A stretch of 44,459 bases of DNA from Clostridia bacterium (GTDB lineage: Bacteria > Bacillota > Clostridia > Oscillospirales > SIG627): positions 1 through 44,459 of the forward strand of contig JAFYLE010000055.1 of assembly GCA_017537265.1 (NCBI GenBank), written 5' to 3'. Both the position numbers and the translations under genes were made by a program. The notes beneath the pieces were generated by a model. The model did not search any database and was not told the origin of the DNA. It saw nothing but the letters and a program-made list of their open reading frames with translations. Of the stretch, positions 22,536 to 31,171 are shown one piece after another. Each line of letters begins with the position of its first letter. Positions within the stretch are counted from its first letter, which is position 1.

Positions 22536-23936
22536 ATGACTCGCAGAAAAGACGGTATCCAAGGGCTGAAAAGCCTTGTGGAGAACAAACGCATTGCCCT
22601 CATCGGACTGGGCCGCACGCACAAGCCGCTCGTGAGTCTCTTTCTTTCCCTCGGAGCAAAGAGCGTCACGGCCCGTGACAGGAAAATTGCCGAGCACCCT
22701 TCCCTCGTTGCCGACGGTGCAACGCTCGTTTTGGGTGACGGCTACCTTGAAAACTTAAGCGAAGACATTATCCTGCGCACGCCCGCCATTCGCCCCGACA
22801 TTCCCGCGCTGAATGCGGCGCGCGAAAACGGTGCGCTGGTGACAAGCGAGATGGAACTCTTCCTCACCTTCTGTCCCGCGAAGGTCTTTGCCATCACGGG
22901 CTCCGACGGAAAGACCACCTCCTCCACGCTGACGGCAAAACTTCTGGAGGCCTCGGGATACCGCGTCTTCCTCGGCGGAAACATCGGTCTGCCGCTCTTG
23001 CCGGTGCTGCACGAGATCACAAAGGACGACGCGGCGGTTCTGGAGCTGTCCAGCTTCCAGCTGATGGGCATGACGGTCTCCCCCGAGCATGCGCTGATCA
23101 CCAACCTCTCGGAAAACCACCTCGACTGGCACACGGACATGGCGGAGTACTGCGAAGCGAAGACCGCCGTTTTTACCCACCAGAGCGAAGACGACCTTTT
23201 GGTCTTAAACGCCGACAACGCCGTCACGCGCGCACTTGCGGGACGCGAAAACGGCAGACTGCGCTTCTTCTCCCGCAAGGAAAAAGTGAAAAACGGTACG
23301 TACTGCACCTCCGACACCCTGCGCTTTGCCGAGGACGGAAACGAAAGCCCGCTCTTTGCCCGCGAAGACATTCTGCTGCCCGGGGAGCACAACTTGGAAA
23401 ATTACCTGGCGGCCCTCGCGCTGACGCACGACTTCATCACCGTATCCGCCGCCCTCTCGGTCGCGCGCTCCTTTGCCGGAGTGGCACACCGCATGGAGCT
23501 TGTGCGCGAGGTAAACAAGATCCGCTTCTACAACTCGTCCATCGACTCCTCGCCCGCGCGCTCTTCCGCGACGCTGAAAGCCTTTGCCAAAAAGCCGATC
23601 GTCATCATGGGCGGGTACGACAAACACTTAAACTACGCGCCGCTTGCCCCCATCATCACCGAGCACGTCAAGGCGCTCGTGCTGACCGGGCAGACGGCTC
23701 CCAAGATCGAAAAAGCACTCGCGGAATACGCTGAATTTGCCGCATCCGGCATTCCCCTGCTGAAGGCCGAAGCCTTTGCGGATGCATTTGCCCTTGCCGC
23801 GGGACTTGCCGAAGAAGGCGACCTTGTCTTGCTCTCCCCCGCGAGTGCAAGCTTTGACCAGTTCCGCGACTTTGAAGAACGCGGTGAGGTCTTCCGCACC
23901 TTGGTGCGAGAATTGGAGGAACATGAAAACATTTGA
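22536..23936 (+). CDS. murD: UDP-N-acetylmuramoyl-L-alanine--D-glutamate ligase
   Basis: - 466 aa.
- N-terminal Rossmann segment RIALIGLGRTHKPLV.
- Mur ligase P-loop ITGSDGKTTSSTL.
- C-terminus SPASASFDQFRDFEERGEVF, typical of MurD. Confidence 0.9.
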   Translation: MTRRKDGIQGLKSLVENKRIALIGLGRTHKPLVSLFLSLGAKSVTARDRKIAEHPSLVADGATLVLGDGYLENLSEDIILRTPAIRPDIPALNAARENGALVTSEMELFLTFCPAKVFAITGSDGKTTSSTLTAKLLEASGYRVFLGGNIGLPLLPVLHEITKDDAAVLELSSFQLMGMTVSPEHALITNLSENHLDWHTDMAEYCEAKTAVFTHQSEDDLLVLNADNAVTRALAGRENGRLRFFSRKEKVKNGTYCTSDTLRFAEDGNESPLFAREDILLPGEHNLENYLAALALTHDFITVSAALSVARSFAGVAHRMELVREVNKIRFYNSSIDSSPARSSATLKAFAKKPIVIMGGYDKHLNYAPLAPIITEHVKALVLTGQTAPKIEKALAEYAEFAASGIPLLKAEAFADAFALAAGLAEEGDLVLLSPASASFDQFRDFEERGEVFRTLVRELEEHENI

Positions 23937-24981
23937 CTTTGCAAAAGAGATCGAGGCGCTCTCCTTCATCTCCGGCATTTCCGGCTGTGAGGAGAAGACC
24001 GCCGAGTTCTTCGCGCGCCGTCTTGAAACGCTCTGCGACGAGGTGAAAACGGACGCGATGGGCAACGTACTCGGCATTATCCGCGCCGAAAGCGAAAACG
24101 CGCCGACGATCCTCATCGACTCCCACTCCGACGAGATCGGTTTTCTCGTCTGTGAGCACGCGGGCGGCGGATTCGTCCGTCTGGCACGTGTGGGCGGTAT
24201 GGACCCCGGTGTGCTTCCTGCCAGCGAAGTGATCCTCTACGGTGAAGAGACCGTGCGTGCCGTGGTGGCCGCCAAGCCCCCGCACCTGCTCTCCGCCGAG
24301 GACCGCAAGAAAAAAAGAAAACTCGAAGATCTCTTCGTGGACACCCTGCTCGACGACGAGACTTGCCGCCGCCTCTGCCCCATCGGCACGCCCGTGGGCT
24401 TCTCCGACGGCGTCGTAAAACTTGCCGAGCACAAGATCGCCTCCCGCGGTCTGGACGACCGTGTGGCGGGTCTGACGCTTCTGGCACTTGCCGAGGCGCT
24501 TGAGAAAAAAGCGCTCAAGGCAAACGTCGCCCTGCTCTTCTCCGTTCAGGAAGAAGTGGGCGGCATGGGTGCGAAAGTAGCCGCCTTCGGCCTTGCACCC
24601 GATACCTGTCTTGCCGTAGACGTGAGTTTTGCCACCTTCCCCGGCGGCGAAGGTCGCCTTTTGGAAATGGGCAAGGGTGCGGGCATCTCCTACTCCGATA
24701 CGCTCTCCCGCACGCTGACGCGCGACGTGATCCGCGTGGCAAACGAGAAAGAGATCCCCTTCCAACTTTTAGCCGAGCCCGGAGAGACGGGCACGAATGC
24801 GCACGACATTCAGGTGGCGGGGCGCGGCGTTGCCTCCACCATCATCTCCCTCCCTCTCTCCTACATGCACTCCCCGAGCGAGGTCATTGACACGCGCGAT
24901 CTGGAGAGCGCGGTGCAACTGATGAAAGCCTACTGCGAGAACGCAAAATTCTTCCCCGAGGAGGTACAGATCGTTGGATAA
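23923..24981 (+). CDS. M42-family metallo-aminopeptidase (FrvX/YsdC/TET type), paralog 1
   Basis: 352 aa from ATG 23923, overlapping the murD stop by 14 nt. Metal-ligand motifs: DSHSDEIGFLV, GLDDRVAG, FSVQEEVGGMGA. Confidence 0.85.
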   Translation: MKTFDFAKEIEALSFISGISGCEEKTAEFFARRLETLCDEVKTDAMGNVLGIIRAESENAPTILIDSHSDEIGFLVCEHAGGGFVRLARVGGMDPGVLPASEVILYGEETVRAVVAAKPPHLLSAEDRKKKRKLEDLFVDTLLDDETCRRLCPIGTPVGFSDGVVKLAEHKIASRGLDDRVAGLTLLALAEALEKKALKANVALLFSVQEEVGGMGAKVAAFGLAPDTCLAVDVSFATFPGGEGRLLEMGKGAGISYSDTLSRTLTRDVIRVANEKEIPFQLLAEPGETGTNAHDIQVAGRGVASTIISLPLSYMHSPSEVIDTRDLESAVQLMKAYCENAKFFPEEVQIVG

Positions 24982-26035
24982 CTTTTACGACCTCTTAAAA
25001 GAGCTCTGCGACATCCCCGCACCGAGTTCTCTGGAAGAAAACGTGCGCGCCTTCCTTATCCCTTACCTCAAGGACCACGTGGATTCGATGAAACTCGACC
25101 GCATGGGCAACCTCATCTGCGAAAAACGCGGCAAAAAGAAGCCCAAGGCCAAAATTTTGCTGTGCGCACACATGGACGAGGTGGGATTTATCGTGACCGA
25201 CATTACCGGTGACGGATACCTGAAGTACGGCACGCTCGGCGGCATTGAAGCAAGCATTCTGCCCGCAAAGCGCCTGTACTTCCCGGAGCTTGACATCTAC
25301 GGCGTCATCTGCGCCAAGCCCATTCACCTCTACCGCGACGAAGAAGAGCTCTACGCCCCGACCAAGCACTCCGCGCTCTACATCGACATCGGTGCGCGCA
25401 CCAAGGAAGAGGCGGAAAAACTCGTCAAGATCGGCGACGTTGCCGTCTTCTCCCGCGAGGCACTCCCCTACTACGACGCGGGTGAGATCATTCGCTCCTC
25501 GGCGCTGGACGACCGTCTCGGCTGTGCGATGCTCTGCGAGCTTTTGACCAAGGGCACACCCGAATACGACATTACCGTCGTCTTCCACGTCAAAGAAGAA
25601 TCCGGCCTGCGCGGTGCAAAGGTCGGCGCTTACGTCAACGACTATTCCTACGCGATCATTCTGGAAGGCACGACGGCCTCCGACCTGCCGGAGGCGGTGG
25701 GCATGAACGCCGTCTGCTACCAGAAGAAGGGCGGCGTGCTCTCTCTCTTCGACGGGGCGACGCTCTACGACACGACGCTCGCGCGCGGCGCCATCGACGC
25801 GCTGAAATCCGCGGGCATTGCCGTGCAGACCAAGCTGAGACTCGCGGGCGGAAACGACGCCGCGGCTCTGCAACGCAGTGCGGGTGCCAAAAAGGTGCTT
25901 GCCCTCTCCGCGCCTTGCCGCTACATCCACTCCCCCGTCTCCACCGTGGCAAAACACGACCTCGACGCCATGCGTGCTTCCCTTGACACACTCATCTCCT
26001 ACTGCGCCGCACAAGGCGAGAAAGGTACCTTATGA
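24974..26035 (+). CDS. M42-family metallo-aminopeptidase, paralog 2
   Basis: 353 aa. TTG start 10 nt after GAGGAGG. Motifs: CAHMDEVGFIV, ALDDRLGCA, FHVKEESGLRGA. Confidence 0.85.
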   Translation: MDNFYDLLKELCDIPAPSSLEENVRAFLIPYLKDHVDSMKLDRMGNLICEKRGKKKPKAKILLCAHMDEVGFIVTDITGDGYLKYGTLGGIEASILPAKRLYFPELDIYGVICAKPIHLYRDEEELYAPTKHSALYIDIGARTKEEAEKLVKIGDVAVFSREALPYYDAGEIIRSSALDDRLGCAMLCELLTKGTPEYDITVVFHVKEESGLRGAKVGAYVNDYSYAIILEGTTASDLPEAVGMNAVCYQKKGGVLSLFDGATLYDTTLARGAIDALKSAGIAVQTKLRLAGGNDAAALQRSAGAKKVLALSAPCRYIHSPVSTVAKHDLDAMRASLDTLISYCAAQGEKGTL

Positions 26036-27042
26036 ACTCCATCACCTCCACCCTGCGCGCGCTGACGAACATCCTCTCCGTCAGCGGCGCGGAAGAAAAA
26101 ATGGCCGCTTATATCTCCGAGACCATGCGCCCTCTGTGCGACGACGTGAACGTTGACGCAATGGGCAACGTGATCTGCAAAAAGAACTACAAGGGCGCAA
26201 AAGAGACCGTGATGCTCACGGCACACATGGACGAGATCGGTTTTCTCGTTTGCGACATTGACGAAAACGGCTTCGTCCTGCTTGCACCCATCGGCGGTAT
26301 CCACGCGGATGCCGCGGCCTACACCCGTGTGAAATTCGAAAACGGCCGTCTCGGCGTGCTCGTCCCCTCCCACGGCACGAAGGCTGCGGATCTCGACGCG
26401 CGCGCCTTTGCCTGCGACATCGGAGCAAAGAACCGTGCCGCCGCCGAAAAGCTCGTCAAGATCGGCGACAGATGCGCAAGTTTTGTTCCCCTTGCCACCC
26501 TCGCCGGCAAGCGTGTGACGGCACGTGCGCTGGACAACAAGGCCGGCGTGCTCTCCCTCATCTGCGCCGCCGATGCCCTGAAAGATGAAAAAGACATGCC
26601 CTACAACCTCGTGTACGTCTTTACGGTGCAAGAGGAGGTCGGTCTGCGCGGCGCCGCGCCCGCGGCCTTTGCCGTTGAGCCCGACTACTGCATCAACGTG
26701 GACGTGACCTCCGCAAACGACGCGTACGGCGCAAAAGGCAGCGTGAAGCTCGGCGGCGGTGCCTGCATCAAGTTCAAGGACCGCTCCGTCATCTGCAACC
26801 GCCGCATGATCTGCCACCTGCAGGAATGCGCGAAGAAAGCCGGCCTCAAAACGCAGGCCGAGATCTTGTCCATGGGCGGCACCGACACGGGTGCCGTACA
26901 GTCCTCGCGTGCAGGCGTGGTCTCCGGTGCGATCTCCATTCCCCTGCGCTACGTGCACAGCGACTGCGAAACCGCCTCCCTCTACGACATTGAGGGTACC
27001 ATCGCCCTGCTTGTTTCCGCAGTGAAAACGAACATTCAATAA
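26032..27042 (+). CDS. M42-family metallo-aminopeptidase, paralog 3
   Basis: 336 aa. ATGA overlap with paralog 2. Motifs: TAHMDEIGFLV, ALDNKAG, FTVQEEVGLRGA. Confidence 0.85.
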   Translation: MNSITSTLRALTNILSVSGAEEKMAAYISETMRPLCDDVNVDAMGNVICKKNYKGAKETVMLTAHMDEIGFLVCDIDENGFVLLAPIGGIHADAAAYTRVKFENGRLGVLVPSHGTKAADLDARAFACDIGAKNRAAAEKLVKIGDRCASFVPLATLAGKRVTARALDNKAGVLSLICAADALKDEKDMPYNLVYVFTVQEEVGLRGAAPAAFAVEPDYCINVDVTSANDAYGAKGSVKLGGGACIKFKDRSVICNRRMICHLQECAKKAGLKTQAEILSMGGTDTGAVQSSRAGVVSGAISIPLRYVHSDCETASLYDIEGTIALLVSAVKTNIQ

Positions 27043-27051
27043 AGGACTCAC

Positions 27052-28278
27052 ATGAACACAAAACAACTTCTGCCCGTCATCCTCGGCAGTGACCAAAACG
27101 CGTACGGCATTGCGCGCTCCTTCTACGAAGCGTACGGTGTCAAGAGCGTAATTCTGGCGCGCCGCGCCCTCTCCGCTACCTCGGAGAGCCACATCGTGCA
27201 TTACGCCGTGCTGGAAGAGAGACTGGAGGAAGACGAGGTCTTCGTCGCGACGCTCGTGCGCTTTGCCGAGAATTCCGGTGACAAGTGCCGCCTCCTCATT
27301 CCCTGTTCCGACTACTACGCACGCCTTGCCGCGCGCCACGCGGAAAAACTGAAGGACCACTACCTCTTTGCCCTCTCCGACGAAGAGACGCTCGTGAGCC
27401 TGGCACAAAAAGAAAACTTCTACGCCATGTGCAAGAAATACGCTCTCTCCTACCCGAAGACTTACGAATTCGACCCCAAGCACGAAGAACCGTGCCTGCC
27501 CTTTGACTTCCCCGTGGTGCTCAAGCCCGCGGACAGCGCCTCTTACTGGAACTGCTCCTTCGAGGGTAAACGCAAAGTGTTTTTCCTGACGGATAAAGCG
27601 CAGTTCGACGACGTTGTGCGCCGCCTGAAGGACAGCGACTACAACGAAAACGTACTGGTACAAAAATTCATCGGCGGCGACGACAGCGCCATGCGCGTGG
27701 TCAACGCCTACATCGGCAAGACGGGCGATCTGCGTCTGTTCTGCGTGGGACAAGTGCTTCTGGAGGAACACACGCCCGAGGGAATCGGCTCTTACGCCGC
27801 CATCATGCCCACGCGCGACGAAGAGCTCTTCGCGCTCTTAAAGCCGATGCTGACCGAGATCGGATACCGCGGCTTTTTGAACATTGACGTCAAGGTGGAT
27901 CCCGCAGACGGCACGTACCAATTCTTTGAACTCAACCCGCGCCAAGGCAGATCCAGCTTCTTCGTGACGGCCGCCGGCGCAAATCTTGCCCGTGTCATCA
28001 CCGAGGACGTATTGGGAGAGGCGCCCACCACGCCCCTCTTCCCCTGCGAGGACGTGCTGTGGACCAATCTGCCCAAGGGTGTCATCCGCCGCTACGTGAA
28101 AAACGAAAAACTGCGCAGTGCCGCGCTGAAGGCCATGCGCCGCGGCCGCGTGTGCCACCAGCTCTACTACAAGAAAGACAAGAGCATAAAGCGCACGAAA
28201 TTCTACCTCTTAAACCAACTCAACCAATACCGCAAATACCGCCGCTACTTTATCGACAAACTTGCCCTCGGCAAGTAA
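27052..28278 (+). CDS. ATP-grasp carboxylate-amine ligase (COG3919-like; the family that, as I recall, includes D-aspartate ligases)
   Basis: 408 aa. Blocks: ILGSDQNAYGIARSFYEAYGV, PVVLKPADS, VLVQKFIGGDD..MRVVNAY, FLNIDVKVDPADGTYQFFELNPRQGRSSFFVTAAG. Confidence 0.7.
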   Translation: MNTKQLLPVILGSDQNAYGIARSFYEAYGVKSVILARRALSATSESHIVHYAVLEERLEEDEVFVATLVRFAENSGDKCRLLIPCSDYYARLAARHAEKLKDHYLFALSDEETLVSLAQKENFYAMCKKYALSYPKTYEFDPKHEEPCLPFDFPVVLKPADSASYWNCSFEGKRKVFFLTDKAQFDDVVRRLKDSDYNENVLVQKFIGGDDSAMRVVNAYIGKTGDLRLFCVGQVLLEEHTPEGIGSYAAIMPTRDEELFALLKPMLTEIGYRGFLNIDVKVDPADGTYQFFELNPRQGRSSFFVTAAGANLARVITEDVLGEAPTTPLFPCEDVLWTNLPKGVIRRYVKNEKLRSAALKAMRRGRVCHQLYYKKDKSIKRTKFYLLNQLNQYRKYRRYFIDKLALGK

Positions 28279-28293
28279 GGAAGGAATCAACCT

Positions 28294-30159
28294 ATGTGTG
28301 GCTTTGCCGGATACATTCGTGACAGTTTGCGCGACAACGACACGGATATTCTGAAAAAAATGACCGACCTCATCGCCCATCGCGGGCCGGACGACGCCTC
28401 CGCCTACATTGACGAGGGGGCGTGCCTCGGCTTTCGCCGCCTGTCCATCATTGACCTTGAGGCGGGCAGACAGCCGATGAAAAACGAGGATTCAACGCTC
28501 GTTCTGACCTTCAACGGTGAGATCTACAACTTCCAGTCCCTGCGCGAAGACCTCAAGGCACGCGGACACGTATTTGCCACGGGTGCGGACAGTGAGGTGC
28601 TTCTGCACGGCTACGAAGAATACGGCGAAGAACTCCCCGCACGTCTGCGCGGCATGTTTGCCTTCGTCATCTGGGATACGAAAAACAAAAAACTCTTCGG
28701 CGCGCGTGACATTTTCGGCATCAAGCCCTTTTATTACTACAAAAACGGCTCCTCCTTCTTCTGGGGCAGCGAGATCAAAAGTTTTCTCGCACATCCCGAC
28801 TTCTGCAAGGAGTTTGATGAAAGCCTGCTGCCCACCTGGCTCTGCTACGAGTACATCCCCTGCGAGAAGACCTTCTTCAAAAACGTATTCAAGTTGCCCG
28901 GTGCCCACTCCTTCACGTATCAAAACGGCGTGATGGAAATTCAAAAATACTACGATATCCGCTTTGACATCCGAGAAGGCCGCACGATGGACGACTGGGC
29001 CGCAGACATTCGCCGCGTCTTTGCCGAAAGCGTGCGCGCACACCGCATCGCCGACGTGGAAGTGGGCTGCTTCCTCTCCAGCGGCGTGGACTCCAGCCTG
29101 GTGGCAAACGAAGTCTCCGTTTCCGCCTCCCCGATGGAGGGCGTGACCGATCCCGTTAAGACCTTCTCCGTGGGCTTTGCCGAGGAGAACGTCTCCGAAC
29201 TTGCCGACGCAGCTGAATTTGCCCGCGCGGTGAACTTGCCGAACATTCAAAACCGCATTACGGCGGACGACTTCTTCTCCGCGACCTCAGCAATTCAATA
29301 CATGATGGACGAGCCGCTCCCCAACCCCAGCCAGGTGCCGCTCTATTTCTTGTGCGAAAATGCCGCCAAATACGTGAAAGTAGTCCTCTCCGGCGAAGGT
29401 GCTGACGAACTGTTCGGCGGCTACCCGATGTACCTTGCCGAATGGCATCAAGCGCGCTTTGCCCGCAGAGTGCCGCGCGCCGTGCGCCGCCTTATGGGAA
29501 AAGCGGCCGCCCGCTTCTCCTTCAAAGGCAGTCACTTCCTTGCAGAAAGCGCAAAAACACCTCTGGAGCGTTACCCGCGCGCAAATTACAACTACACCAG
29601 AGAAAGCCGTTGGGACATACTCAAAGAAAAGACGGACGCCCCCGATCCCCTCACCTTCTCCGCACCCTACTTTGCACGCGCCGAACGCGAGGGCTGGGAC
29701 TCCCCCACCGCGACGCAATACGCAGACATTTTCGTGTGGATGGCCTACGACATTCTGCAAAAGGCAGACCGCATGAGTATGGCGCACTCGCTGGAGTTGC
29801 GCGTGCCTTTCCTCGACCGCGAAGTGCTCGCCCTTGCCATGCAGTTGCCGCAGAGCATGCGCGCCTTTGACACCACGACCAAGGCCGCCCTACGCGCCTC
29901 CGCCGCGCACCTGCCGAAAAAGACGGCGACCATGAAGAAAAAAGGCTTTGCCACCCCGCTTGACGCGTGGCTGCGCGAAGAAAAATTCTACAACGAAGTC
30001 TACGGAAAACTGACCGGCGAGATCGCCGAAAAATTCTTCAAGACCGACGTGCTCAAACGCCTGATGGAAGAACACAAGAAGGGCGCGCACAACATGAAAA
30101 AGATCTACCTGATCTACTCGTTCGTGGTATGGTACGAAGAATTCTTTGTAAAAAGATAA
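28294..30159 (+). CDS. asnB: Asparagine synthetase B-type glutamine amidotransferase
   Basis: 621 aa. N-terminal nucleophile MCGFAGY, PP-loop FLSSGVDSS and a typical AsnB C-terminal domain. The true substrate is not determinable from sequence. Confidence 0.85.
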   Translation: MCGFAGYIRDSLRDNDTDILKKMTDLIAHRGPDDASAYIDEGACLGFRRLSIIDLEAGRQPMKNEDSTLVLTFNGEIYNFQSLREDLKARGHVFATGADSEVLLHGYEEYGEELPARLRGMFAFVIWDTKNKKLFGARDIFGIKPFYYYKNGSSFFWGSEIKSFLAHPDFCKEFDESLLPTWLCYEYIPCEKTFFKNVFKLPGAHSFTYQNGVMEIQKYYDIRFDIREGRTMDDWAADIRRVFAESVRAHRIADVEVGCFLSSGVDSSLVANEVSVSASPMEGVTDPVKTFSVGFAEENVSELADAAEFARAVNLPNIQNRITADDFFSATSAIQYMMDEPLPNPSQVPLYFLCENAAKYVKVVLSGEGADELFGGYPMYLAEWHQARFARRVPRAVRRLMGKAAARFSFKGSHFLAESAKTPLERYPRANYNYTRESRWDILKEKTDAPDPLTFSAPYFARAEREGWDSPTATQYADIFVWMAYDILQKADRMSMAHSLELRVPFLDREVLALAMQLPQSMRAFDTTTKAALRASAAHLPKKTATMKKKGFATPLDAWLREEKFYNEVYGKLTGEIAEKFFKTDVLKRLMEEHKKGAHNMKKIYLIYSFVVWYEEFFVKR

Positions 30160-30164
30160 CGAAA

Positions 30165-30192
30165 AAGCCCGCGTTCTGCGGGCTTCTTTGTT
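30165..30192 (+). terminator. Rho-independent terminator ending the murD operon
   Basis: AAGCCCGC-gttct-GCGGGCTT followed by CTTTGTT. Confidence 0.75.
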
Positions 30193-30201
30193 GCTCAAAT
30201 T

Positions 30202-30254
30202 TTACGATTATTCGTAATATTGAACTTGACTTTTACGAAAACTTGTGATATAAT
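30202..30254 (+). promoter_or_regulatory. Promoter (TTGACT-17 nt-TATAAT) with TTACGA operator-like half-sites
   Basis: - Promoter: TTGACT at 30226-30231 and TATAAT at 30249-30254.
- Palindrome TTACGA-ttat-TCGTAA at 30202-30217.
- A third TTACGA at 30233-30238, inside the spacer. Confidence 0.55.
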
Positions 30255-30309
30255 TTGCTCAAGCGAATGAGGGGCGCGAAGAATGACTTTTGCAAAGGAG
30301 AAAATACAA

Positions 30310-30522
30310 ATGAATACGACTGCAAGAGAGATGCGTGGAAATCTTCGCGCCGCGCTGGACTCCGTACGGCAGGCAACGCAGAGTCTGCCGCAGGAAATGG
30401 AAGAGATCTACGACGACTTAAAGTGGGTGGAAGAATCGTTATTGGCGGCGCTTGTCGAACGCGAAGAAACGTTCGCCGTCGAGCGGGAGACCAAGGAACT
30501 CGAGGAGCTCTTCGAATGCTGA
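30310..30522 (+). CDS. Small acidic helical protein (70 aa), unknown family
   Basis: ATG 30310 lies 10 nt after AAGGAG. The product is MNTTAREMRGNLRAALDSVRQATQSLPQEMEEIYDDLKWVEESLL... The stop overlaps the next gene's start (ATGCTGA). ATG 30283 is an alternative start. Confidence 0.55.
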   Translation: MNTTAREMRGNLRAALDSVRQATQSLPQEMEEIYDDLKWVEESLLAALVEREETFAVERETKELEELFEC

Positions 30523-31037
30523 AAAACGCCGCCGGACACGCAATGCGCGGAGATGCGGCAAGCCGCTTTTTGGCAAAACTTGAGCGCATGCGCACCTGCA
30601 TTGACGAAGAGGAACGCCTGCTTTCCCTCTTTGAGCGACAGGTGCCGAAGCCCCTTTCCGAATACGGCGGCATGGATCTTGCAACGCACGACGTGCTTCT
30701 GGAACTTGCCCCGACCAAGGACGCCGTGCGCACCAAGTTGTTCGTGCACTACCGCGTGTTTGAACGAATGTGCCGTGCACTCTCCGCGGCGATCCGCCGC
30801 ATTCCCGAAAGCACGGTGCGCGACTACCTCGTATGGCACTACCTCTACCAATTCACCCACGAGGTCATTGCCGAGGTGATGAACTACTCCGTGCGCCAGA
30901 TCTACCGACTGGCCGCGCGCTCGCGCGTGGAGCTCTCCCGCGCGCTGAAGATTCCCCCGCAGGCAAAGCCCGCAAAGTTCAAGCGCTTTCGCGTAGTGAA
31001 ACGCTTAAAGAAGTGCAAACTGAAAAAGGCGGGGTAA
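30516..31037 (+). CDS. Sigma-70 region-4-like HTH regulator (DUF1492/phage or ICE-type activator-like)
   Basis: 173 aa. The C-terminal segment TVRDYLVWHYLYQFTHEVIAEVMNYSVRQIYRLAARSRVELSRAL looks like a region-4 HTH, followed by a basic tail. The ORF-track start at 30255 lies inside the -10 box and its first 87 codons are Arg/Gly-rich shadow frame. Confidence 0.55.
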   Translation: MLKNAAGHAMRGDAASRFLAKLERMRTCIDEEERLLSLFERQVPKPLSEYGGMDLATHDVLLELAPTKDAVRTKLFVHYRVFERMCRALSAAIRRIPESTVRDYLVWHYLYQFTHEVIAEVMNYSVRQIYRLAARSRVELSRALKIPPQAKPAKFKRFRVVKRLKKCKLKKAG

Positions 31038-31135
31038 AAAACGATAACAAACGTTCTTTTCAAAAGAAAAACGCAAAAACGGCCTACGGTGTATCCGAAC
31101 CGTCTTGACACCGACAAAGAAAAACCGCGCTTTAT

Positions 31136-31171
31136 GGCGTTGTACCCGTAAGGATACAACGCCAGTTTTAT
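31136..31171 (+). terminator. Hairpin with GUAA tetraloop plus U-tract
   Basis: GGCGTTGTA-cc-c-GTAA-gg-a-TACAACGCC followed by AGTTTTATT. Confidence 0.6.

Noticed and set aside
25999-27771. 590-aa minus-strand ORF, the longest unexplained ORF in the track
   Set aside because: It is fully antisense to M42 paralog 3 and the ATP-grasp gene, both of which have clear family motifs. The translation is Arg/Gly/Ala/Val/His-rich low-complexity sequence typical of the shadow frame of GC-rich genes, and there is no RBS or promoter.
30255-30515. First 87 codons of the 260-aa ORF 30255-31037
   Set aside because: Its ATG lies immediately after the predicted -10 box, upstream of the likely transcription start. 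The segment is Arg/Gly-rich and overlaps a better small ORF with an RBS. The regulator most likely starts at ATG 30516.
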